64,000 nucleotides of DNA. Origin: Armatimonadota bacterium. Lineage in GTDB: Bacteria; Armatimonadota; HRBIN16. Below the pieces are notes generated by a model. That model was not told where the DNA came from, did no database searches, and worked only from the letters and a program-made list of their open reading frames with translations. Made by a program: the position numbers and the translations under genes. Of this stretch, positions 18,936-27,326 are shown in pieces. The first letter of the stretch is position 1, and each line of letters starts with the position of its first letter. The stretch is from the NCBI GenBank assembly GCA_963677485.1, contig OY781964.1, forward strand, positions 4,992,001 through 5,056,000. The letters run 5' to 3'.

Positions 18936-19916
18936 TCAGACTCCGATCCGTAGTAAGATCTGCTCTGTGATGTTCTTGAAGTCGATGAAGCATTTAGTTA
19001 CAGCCACTGCATGGGCACCGATCGCGCCATCAGCGGGTGTCAATTTAAAGATCGGCTTACGCGCATCTTCAGCTAGCGGCATCAGGCTCTGATAGTTCTT
19101 GATCAATCCAATTCGGTTTGGATCCTTGTCAGGGTCATCAGCATACTGCGTTTCTTGCAATACATCATTCGCGTATACTTTCGGTATTTTGGATATCCAT
19201 CGTTGATAGGCTTTGACCGGTCGGCTTCTACGTTCTACATGTTGCATAACTACATATCCTGCAGGCTTCATGTCCCCTGCAGGCATAGGAATATCCATAT
19301 CCGAAGGCTTAGCGAGTAGTCGCTTGTGCCAATTCTCTCGCCATGTGTGCAAAGTTGGGCCCAAATTCCGAAGGCCCTGTAATGAGAAAAGACCTGGCGA
19401 GAGCGGCATCACAACGTAATCGGCTGCAATAAGTGAAGCACGGTTAATCGCACCCAGATTGGGTCCCACGTCCATCAGTATGATGTCTGCGTTAATCGAT
19501 TCACTCGCATAATGGATGATGCGATGAAATGCAGTGATGACCCGGAAAGCGGATTTATCACCATCCAGGCAGCGTGGCCAACTATCTGAAAGTTTGTCTT
19601 CAAACTGCGATAAACCTAGATCCCCGGGTAAAAGATGGATCTGAGGTTGAATCTGTTGCAGGGGTGCATTCGCGATATCTCCCAATCCATCGATGATCGG
19701 AGAGATGCAGGAAAGGATACTCTGGTGATGGCCATCCTCTGGCCAAATCATTTCCAAGGTTTCCTCGTCAAGAAACATAGTGGTTAGGTTCGCCTGCGGA
19801 TCAAGGTCTACTGCTAACACGCGTAGGCCGAGTTCAGCGCACATCCATGCCACATGATACACCATTGTTGTTTTGCCAACACCACTTTTATTATTAAAGA
19901 ACGTGATAGTTTTCAT
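18936..19916 (-). CDS. ParA/Soj-like ATPase
   Basis: FNNKSGVGKTT, VDLDPQANLT, DVGPNLGAINR. Confidence 0.9.
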   Translation of the reverse strand: MKTITFFNNKSGVGKTTMVYHVAWMCAELGLRVLAVDLDPQANLTTMFLDEETLEMIWPEDGHHQSILSCISPIIDGLGDIANAPLQQIQPQIHLLPGDLGLSQFEDKLSDSWPRCLDGDKSAFRVITAFHRIIHYASESINADIILMDVGPNLGAINRASLIAADYVVMPLSPGLFSLQGLRNLGPTLHTWRENWHKRLLAKPSDMDIPMPAGDMKPAGYVVMQHVERRSRPVKAYQRWISKIPKVYANDVLQETQYADDPDKDPNRIGLIKNYQSLMPLAEDARKPIFKLTPADGAIGAHAVAVTKCFIDFKNITEQILLRIGV

Positions 19917-21103
19917 GGAGCAACCTCCCTGATCGTGGCCAGGAAATACGCCGGTTCATCAATCGTGAACTCAGCAGGTGGGTTGCCGTTTTCGCGCAGA
20001 AATCGCTGGGTACGGGAAATACCGCGGCCAAAAGTATTCACATACCCGAGTATTTTCATGGCCTCGGCTATCTTGGGGTTCCGATAGTCGTTCTGATCGG
20101 GGAAAGTCGTCGAGGTCACTGCGCCGTAGAGTCCTCCTGCGTTTTGTATCTCGATGCGATCACGAAACCAGTAGAACCGAATAGGGGCATTGGACTGGTA
20201 GTCACGATGCATCACAGCGTTCATCAACAACTCTCGTATGCCCATCATGGGGTAAGGGGTGCGGCTAACTTCCGTAAGAGGAGAAATGGTCTCAGGTTGT
20301 GATGGAAATAGTGTTTTTAGGAAGTTATCGAGCTCACGGAGTACCGATATTAAATCCCCTTCAAAGCGCCTTTCATCCAGCACATCGGTGTCAAGAGCTT
20401 CCCCCTGGAACCGCACATATTGAATGGCTGCTCCCGGAAACCAGTTCGACGGTTCTTGCCCAAATAGTATAGCACCCGCATTAGTAGCGCACTCATCGGC
20501 AGAGCACCAGAACCCCAGCGACGCCATCTGTGTGAGCATATCCCGGTGGTTCTCTTGAAGGATCTCAGGTGCAATTGCTGCATTCCGATATGTGAGTTGG
20601 AATAGATCCAACACCAGATCATCACGCCCACATCCCCTGCACGGTCTGAGGTCAAACGTGCGTGCATGAGATGCTCTTTTTTCTGTCAGGATACGCTCTT
20701 CCTGTTCATTGGCGATCGCCTTTCGGGGGCCTCGGCGTATCCATACGCGTCCACGAAAACGTATGGGCGGCATATCGGAAGGAAGAACCTCTACTACAGC
20801 CACATCCCCTTCTGGCAATGATAGTTTATCAACCATGATGGTTGGTAGCGGAACTATCTGTCCTGAATCTGCGTAACTTGACAGCTGTTGCAACAATCTA
20901 TCGCTAACGTCCACACCCTCAATGGTGCCATTGTCTCGCGCGCCAATCACTAAAAACCCTGGAGAATTACTGCCCGGCATATCATTAGCGAACGCGCATA
21001 TGGCTTCACATATTTTGTCCGTATTTGATGTCGAAAGAGTTCGTTCCATCCGGGCCGATTCAACATCGGCTAGCAGTTGTCTCAGTTCCTGTTCGTTGAT
21101 CAT
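19913..21103 (-). CDS. AlbA_2 (Schlafen-like) domain protein with RecG-C/HATPase_c_4-type domain
   Basis: ICAFAND..GFLVIG..DNG; RELLMNAVMHRDY; RNPKIAEAM...FGRGI. Confidence 0.85.
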   Translation of the reverse strand: MINEQELRQLLADVESARMERTLSTSNTDKICEAICAFANDMPGSNSPGFLVIGARDNGTIEGVDVSDRLLQQLSSYADSGQIVPLPTIMVDKLSLPEGDVAVVEVLPSDMPPIRFRGRVWIRRGPRKAIANEQEERILTEKRASHARTFDLRPCRGCGRDDLVLDLFQLTYRNAAIAPEILQENHRDMLTQMASLGFWCSADECATNAGAILFGQEPSNWFPGAAIQYVRFQGEALDTDVLDERRFEGDLISVLRELDNFLKTLFPSQPETISPLTEVSRTPYPMMGIRELLMNAVMHRDYQSNAPIRFYWFRDRIEIQNAGGLYGAVTSTTFPDQNDYRNPKIAEAMKILGYVNTFGRGISRTQRFLRENGNPPAEFTIDEPAYFLATIREVAP

Positions 21104-21399
21104 CTTGGTTCCTCACCTTCAGCAATGAGCCAGTCGAAACACTAGTTTAGCTCACCGCACCCCGAATTGCTCAGAGCCTATTGTCCAATTATGGCCGTAT
21201 GCATACGCATTGATAACGATGAGCATCGTGTGCACTAAGCTCCGTCACGGCTGGCATATTACTGTGTGAGGTCTCTTATTGAACGGTTGCTCATCGGACA
21301 CCTCTACCTGGCAGTAAGTTGCCTGCTCTACATAGATTACTGTACTTTATATTCGCAATTTCCGCCGTAGTATAAGCACTCGTTTCGCCCTTTATCCAG

Positions 21400-21800
21400 C
21401 CTCCATCGAATTTTCGATGGACACTTTCGGGATATTCCATCAATTTCTAACGAGTTTCAGATCCATGATTCCCATTGTTTCATGCTCACTACACCCCGCA
21501 TCTTACGCCATTCAGTGGTCAACCCTGCTAGTCTCCATCGAAATTTCGACATTCAGGTTTTGTGGTTCATCCAGAAAAGCTCGCATACGTTAAGAGACCA
21601 TTCATAGCTAAGCCGAGAAGGAGGACCAAAGCTCATCGTCAGCTGTTTCGAGGCTTTGAGTAGCTACCTGATATAGCTCATCCCACGGTGAACCAATGAG
21701 CAGAGGGTGATCCGCGCCACTCTTCTGAGACACTTGATGTTTCCGAGAATTCATGGGTGAATGCAACAAGCCGCCACCGAAGGGAGAAAAGATAATGAGC
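21400..21800 (+). repeat. Deleted copy of 8150-8432 joined to 9110-9210
   Basis: Retains both palindromes, a decayed sigma gene start and the CTTG-N18 motif; sigma body missing. Confidence 0.8.
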
Positions 21801-21866
21801 ACACCAGTATGTGAAAGGGTCGACACCGGAAATGCACAGTCTACGAACAAAGGAGAAAGATACCCT

Positions 21867-22583
21867 ATGGACACTTCGATAATCCGCCAGATCATTGGCC
21901 TGCCAGACCTGACTACCCCTGAGCTCCAGGAACTCTGGAAGACCATAAACGGTAAAGAGACGCCAGCCTTTTCACGTCTCTACCTCATCAAGAGGTTGGC
22001 CTACCGAATGCAGGAGATCGCTTTCGGCGGCTTGTCTACTTGCTCTATACAGCTCATGGATGAGATACTCGAATCATACGGATTCGACCGATACGGTCGT
22101 CTTGGCCCTAGACCGGTGAAGACTAGGAAGCGCACAGACGAAATACATGACAGGCCGAACAAGACAATCATAAACAGCGATGCATCCACCATTACCGATG
22201 ATATCGGCATCGTGGTTCATGTGCCCCTTACACTTAAACGCCGTTCCGGTCATACGCAGTTAGTGGGGCCAGCTACCGATGCCGATGATCTAAATTTCCG
22301 ACTGGCGCACCAGGAGGCGATCGTGATCGCCATCTCTCGTGCACACCGGTGGCGTGACCAGCTTGAAGACGGAACCTACGACACCCTTTCTGCATTGGCC
22401 AAGCAGATATTTCAGGATATCTCCTTCACCTCAAGGCTGCTAAGGTTATCGCTGCTATCGCCTCGGGTTATCGAGTCGATCCTTACAAGCCAGGAGCCGG
22501 ATGGTCTGTCGCTTCACGCTCTCACGAAGCTGCTACCAATGATATGGGTGGATCAGGAGGCAGAGCTGGGATTCCCTATGTAG
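21867..22583 (+). CDS. DUF2924 N-half fusion protein (copy C)
   Basis: Near-identical to 16622-17338; AGGAGA RBS. Confidence 0.82.
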   Translation: MDTSIIRQIIGLPDLTTPELQELWKTINGKETPAFSRLYLIKRLAYRMQEIAFGGLSTCSIQLMDEILESYGFDRYGRLGPRPVKTRKRTDEIHDRPNKTIINSDASTITDDIGIVVHVPLTLKRRSGHTQLVGPATDADDLNFRLAHQEAIVIAISRAHRWRDQLEDGTYDTLSALAKQIFQDISFTSRLLRLSLLSPRVIESILTSQEPDGLSLHALTKLLPMIWVDQEAELGFPM

Positions 22584-22747
22584 GAAGGCACACGAGCCCG
22601 GTATTCGAGCTAAAGGCCCGATCATCGCATATGCGTGATGGTCGGGCCTGCTTGCGCGAATGTGGGGTGATTGGCGGCATCGTTCGCGCACTCCGCCTTC
22701 AATCACAATTACATCATATGTCTACATATCATCTTGCACAGCCAGGC

Positions 22748-22785
22748 AATTGCGTACTCGGAGATGGGGGGAGATGGCTCTACTG
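22748..22785 (+). repeat. Junction motif, copy 4 of 4
   Basis: AATTGCGTACTCGGAGATGGGGGGAGATGGCTCTACTG. Confidence 0.9.
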
Positions 22786-22787
22786 GA

Positions 22788-23009
22788 TCAATCGTCCACG
22801 CCAAGCTCTATCTCCGCTTCATTCATTGTCAGTCTTTTTCCGGGCTTTTCCAGCCGTTCTATCGCAATGTAGGTATCTTCCATATCGTCTATCAGCCGCA
22901 GGATCGCCTCTCTGGCGTAATAGGTCTTTGTCCGCCCTGTGCGTTTGGCTAGAGCTGTAAGTCTGTCGTCTATTTCGGCAGGGAGCCTAATGGCCATCAT
23001 GCTTTTCAT
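22788..23009 (-). CDS. relB: Orphan RelB-like antitoxin (toxin deleted)
   Basis: Protein identical to 17870-18091; only the first 17 nt of relE remain. Confidence 0.85.
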   Translation of the reverse strand: MKSMMAIRLPAEIDDRLTALAKRTGRTKTYYAREAILRLIDDMEDTYIAIERLEKPGKRLTMNEAEIELGVDD

Positions 23010-23525
23010 TTTGGTTGAACCTCCTGTTTGATATACATGTATATCATATCACGAATACTACAAAGGTCAATCCCAAAGCTCATTTTAATCGTCTTTTCAA
23101 ATGATCTGTATAATCGACCGACCGTTGATTCTCGCCATTCAGCACTGACGGTTTGGGAACTATAATGAAGTTAGCACACTCAAAAACCTAAATTGCCGGC
23201 GGTTTTTGACATTTACGCCACATTAGGCTTCTTTCTCTGTCGAAATGGGCTAGTTAGAAAACAGGTCATAACACCCCATTTCGTGCTCAAATGGTCTGTT
23301 TGGACTTTTCTCTATTCGTCTATAGGAAACAGAGAATAACGTGCAACAAAGAGACATAATATCTGAAAACGAGCCGCACATGCCATATGGCTAGTCCAAA
23401 ACTACAGAGGGCATGAATCGGCCGATTATGGGGCTAGTGAGCACGTTTTTAGTGCGTAAATGAGGAAAAGCCCAGATCATACATTATCTAGGCTTTTCTC
23501 GAAAATTGCAACGTTTATTTGTTGC

Positions 23526-23877
23526 TGGTGGAGGCGGAGGGACTCGAACCCTCGTCCAAGATGGGTTATATTAGGAGTCTACGAGTGTATCCGACAATTA
23601 TCTCTTATGTCGCACATGCCCATCGGCAGGCTTATTACGACACCAGTCCACCCTGAATTTCGCCATCAACGCGGTGAGCACTCAATGAAGGCTATTCGGC
23701 ATAATACACGCCCGAGGATCCACACGGCCGAAAGGTGTGGCTCGGACGGCTGCCTATTTAGGCAGCGAGAGCGTAATTGTTATTGGCTCTTATTGTTTTT
23801 GCCGCTTTTAACGAGGCCAGCGGCACCTCGACTCGCATCCGTAACACGCCCGCACCCTGTCAACACCACTCGCCCCC
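23526..23877 (-). ncRNA. ssrA: tmRNA
   Basis: Acceptor stem GGGGGCG/CGCCTCC-ACCA with G3:U pair, T-arm GGTTCGAGTCC, tag ANNNYALAA* at 23787-23758. Confidence 0.97.
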
Positions 23878-23990
23878 ATTTGGGAAAGCGGCACCAGTGC
23901 TTTGCTGTTGCCGGTATCTTATTATAGACGTTTGCGACCCTAAATAGCAAGGGGGCATCCAAGATACAACCGGCACCCCCAATCACTGAT

Positions 23991-26900
23991 CTATTCCATT
24001 CCGAAATCGAGCTTTAGATCGGTCACATTGCGCAGCTTCTCCACCCATATCCACCAGGCCTCCTTGCCGTTCCATGTGCCCGACCTATCGAGTCTCACGG
24101 TAGCGCCGTTCGGCTTCTTGCCTGTGTTCACGATGCGCTGAGCGGTTGATTGGTCGAACGGTCCAAGCCGAATGGCCAGTGACGGTATCGGACGGTCACT
24201 CGTCAGAGACAGTTGCCCCGGTCTCGCGAACTGGTACCCCACACGAGCCTTGGCCAGACCATCGGCACTGGGCACCAGCGTAAAGAAGTTTTGTATCTGA
24301 ATTCCCTTCAACGGCGCCGGCACCCTGGGCATGATCTTCACCAGTTTTGGATCAGCATCATCCACTCCCGCACACAGTTCCAAAGCATGCATGGCTGGAC
24401 CCTGGTTGGCTCCGTTAGACAGGTCACCGATTCTGTACCAGCGACCATCCGGCATGATGTTTGTTCCCTCAGGGATAATCCACAGGTTGGGCCGCCAATC
24501 TATCCCCCGCTTCGCATCCACATAGTCCATGTTCTTGTCATATGAGTATTTCGCCAGATTCGCCAGCAGACGCCCGGCGTTGTCCATATCGTCAAGTATC
24601 AATGCTGACTCGGTGATCCAACCCTGTCCGTAGCCCATACCCAACACAGGAGCATACCCGTATGGCTGGTTCAACTGACGCTTAAGAGTATTCCGCGTGA
24701 TCGGGGTCATCTCCGTATCCAGTTTGTTCGGGTCAAGACCGTCATAGTAGACCGAGAACCACGCCTGAACCAGTGAGTCCTGCAGACTGGGCAGCACACT
24801 GAAGGGACTGACCCGCCACATCAGATTGGTGCTGTCGCCCGTCTTCAATAACCGCAGCATACCCACACGGATGCGCTCAGCGTAAGCCAGCCACCTCTTG
24901 GCCGATGCTCGGTCACCTGCGGCTTCCGCCATTTGCGCGGAACACCTCAACGCGGTGAAGCAGGCGAAATTCGGATATGGTTCATACATATCAGCATTCG
25001 CATAGTTCTCTCGGATCTTTCCCATGTCGGTTTCGGCCATGATGTTCTTCCGAGTGAGCGTCTCCCCCCCACCCCAGCCGGTGGTCTCGCCTTCACTCCA
25101 TATCACGTCACGACCGGTGTAGTCCATAAACCAGCAGATAAACTCGGCACTGTCACGCGTGGCGTCCCAACGTGACTTGCAATAGACATCGGCACGAGGC
25201 TGCATCAGCCAGTCACCGGATGGCGCACCCATCAGCCGCCAGGCAATCCAGCGACCAACAATCGTCGCGCCGTGACCGTCCATCTCCTCGGTGCCCGAAA
25301 TCTCGTTCAGGTTGATGCTCATCGTGGCGTTGACCCCAAACGACCAATGAGGTGGCGCATCCTTCGGATACTTGGACACATCGAGTGCGGAGTTCTCAGG
25401 ACCCTTATCCGGGTCGTGATTCGGCCTATAGAAATACAGATATTTATCGCAGAAGTCCACGAAGTTCGCGGTCCGCATCGGGTCATTAATGCAGCGCATG
25501 GCCAATGTCGCATACGCTTCCGCACAGCGTCCATAGGCACCTCCGTAGTAGATGCCCAGCGGTCCCCAGGTGCCTACGCCGTTGTAGCCTCCATACCACG
25601 GAGATGTCTTGCTGGTTTCCATAAAGACGCCCGTGTTGCGGTCGAACTCTCCATCCATTTGTATCAGGTTTGCGACCCATATGTTCGAGAGCATGTCGCC
25701 GAGTATGCCACCCGTGAAGCGCACCCGGCTGGCATCTAGTGACTTGGGGAAGTCGATTAGCTCCACCTTCTTTGGGATATCAGCGTCACTGGTATAGAGC
25801 ACTTTGGATAGTGCCTTCAAATCAGCTGACCAGTTACCCGGGCTCGCGGATTTCACTCTGGGAGCCGCGTCATCCGCTGACAACACAACCTTGCCGAAGG
25901 GAATCAATTCCCCAGAAGGCTTATCGCTGGCTAATGTCACAGCTGATATAAGGGGTCGGCCTCGAAGATCGGGGTTGTCGTGGATTACGATAGACTTTAT
26001 CTTACCAGCCCGAGGCTTCACAGCGAGGTAGTAGTGGGAATGCCGGTTCTCTAGTGCCACACTCGGCTCATCGTCCTCACGTATTCGCAACGCCTTTCTC
26101 AAAACAGACATATATTCCGGCCGCGATGTAAACGGCTCCCTGACTGATGCGGCGACTCCATGGGTTGGACCGCCAGCCCATCCGGCGATGAACCATGCGG
26201 TGGCTCCAATAATGACTGGTATCCGGTCGCTCTTGCCGTCTGTGTAGCATATCTCGATCTCACCTATACGCGATCCGATCTGCACTTGATCATTGCGTTT
26301 AGTGCGCAGCTCAGGGTGTTCACCCCAGTGTGCCACTCCGTAATCCCAACCTTCATTAATCATTCCCAGAAAATAGATGGCAGATGCGGCGGATCCTACA
26401 GGGATACTCTCGTCAGATGCTGATATCAAACGGGTAGTTGATCCGCGGCTGTCTAGAGAAGCAGCTAGAAATGGCATCGAACGACTGAATATCACATCGG
26501 CATTCCTGTCAATCTTCAAGCCATACAGGTCGGAACGCGTGACCGCATGATCTACCACAGGCTGCACCTGGCTGTAGTCTGCAAAGGCTAACCAGGCAAA
26601 TCCACCGGCTCGAATGCCAGGGTTGTTGTCGACGACTTCCAGGTAGACCTTGCGGCCGATAATGTCTTGGGTAATCCACTTCATCGGAGCGAGCTTGTTC
26701 CCGCCGGGCGTATGGGCTTTGCGTAAAACTGCGCCATCAGGGTAGGATTTGAGATAAACGAAGTTGCGATCCCCTCCGTTGTTAGCCTCAGCATTGCCAT
26801 CCCAGCCCCCCAGGGTAAACTTTTGCAGCCGCGTCCTGATGGTAAACGGATCTGACCGCAATACTCCTAGATTTGCCTCACCCTTGTCAAGCGAGTTTAC

Positions 26901-27176
26901 TACATATCGCTTCGAGTCACCAGTGTTAGAGAACAGCTCCGGGTTGATGCCTATCGTCCAAGTAATCGCTCCCTCAACAGTCCAGCCTTCAAAAGTGCCT
27001 TTCGCAAATGAGAGGTTGACCTCCTCTGGAGGCAGAACCTGTGCTGGAGCCGGCTTAGCATCGCCAAGAGCCAATGCGTACCCACTAGCAAGAACCAATA
27101 CTGCGTACAGGTTTGAGATCACGCTTCTACCTAGGTTCAATTGTTGTCCCATCCTTCGCCGTAGCACAGCTACCAT
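23991..27176 (-). CDS. Large secreted protein, probable glycoside hydrolase-like C-terminal helical domain
   Basis: Signal-like N-terminus; paralogous to 27327-30485; fold call is tentative. Confidence 0.7.
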   Translation of the reverse strand: MVAVLRRRMGQQLNLGRSVISNLYAVLVLASGYALALGDAKPAPAQVLPPEEVNLSFAKGTFEGWTVEGAITWTIGINPELFSNTGDSKRYVVNSLDKGEANLGVLRSDPFTIRTRLQKFTLGGWDGNAEANNGGDRNFVYLKSYPDGAVLRKAHTPGGNKLAPMKWITQDIIGRKVYLEVVDNNPGIRAGGFAWLAFADYSQVQPVVDHAVTRSDLYGLKIDRNADVIFSRSMPFLAASLDSRGSTTRLISASDESIPVGSAASAIYFLGMINEGWDYGVAHWGEHPELRTKRNDQVQIGSRIGEIEICYTDGKSDRIPVIIGATAWFIAGWAGGPTHGVAASVREPFTSRPEYMSVLRKALRIREDDEPSVALENRHSHYYLAVKPRAGKIKSIVIHDNPDLRGRPLISAVTLASDKPSGELIPFGKVVLSADDAAPRVKSASPGNWSADLKALSKVLYTSDADIPKKVELIDFPKSLDASRVRFTGGILGDMLSNIWVANLIQMDGEFDRNTGVFMETSKTSPWYGGYNGVGTWGPLGIYYGGAYGRCAEAYATLAMRCINDPMRTANFVDFCDKYLYFYRPNHDPDKGPENSALDVSKYPKDAPPHWSFGVNATMSINLNEISGTEEMDGHGATIVGRWIAWRLMGAPSGDWLMQPRADVYCKSRWDATRDSAEFICWFMDYTGRDVIWSEGETTGWGGGETLTRKNIMAETDMGKIRENYANADMYEPYPNFACFTALRCSAQMAEAAGDRASAKRWLAYAERIRVGMLRLLKTGDSTNLMWRVSPFSVLPSLQDSLVQAWFSVYYDGLDPNKLDTEMTPITRNTLKRQLNQPYGYAPVLGMGYGQGWITESALILDDMDNAGRLLANLAKYSYDKNMDYVDAKRGIDWRPNLWIIPEGTNIMPDGRWYRIGDLSNGANQGPAMHALELCAGVDDADPKLVKIMPRVPAPLKGIQIQNFFTLVPSADGLAKARVGYQFARPGQLSLTSDRPIPSLAIRLGPFDQSTAQRIVNTGKKPNGATVRLDRSGTWNGKEAWWIWVEKLRNVTDLKLDFGME

Positions 27177-27326
27177 TATTTATTATGATTGCCTGCGGAT
27201 TTCGTGACTATATAGAAATATCGGCCACAGCATATTTACTGTAGCCGATTACTAATATCTCCGTATGCGACATCATATGACCGCCATTCGGTTAGGCATA
27301 TTTACCGTAAACGCAGTATTCACCGA

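Larger units (their letters stand above)
1..23525. mobile_element. Composite genomic island adjoining the tmRNA 3' end (left end outside window)
   Basis: Contains a large serine recombinase, an integrase fragment, a TA system, an IS remnant and internal duplications; directly abuts the CCA end of ssrA; a decayed ssrA 3'-end copy lies at 18606-18642. Confidence 0.85.

Noticed and set aside
12213-22785. The four 38-bp motifs as a CRISPR array or classical integron attC sites
   Set aside because: Spacing is 0.9-5.2 kb and irregular, there is no attC-type inverted core structure, and no IntI or cas gene is present
23460-23986. ORFs 23460-23927 and 23780-23986
   Set aside because: They overlap the tmRNA gene
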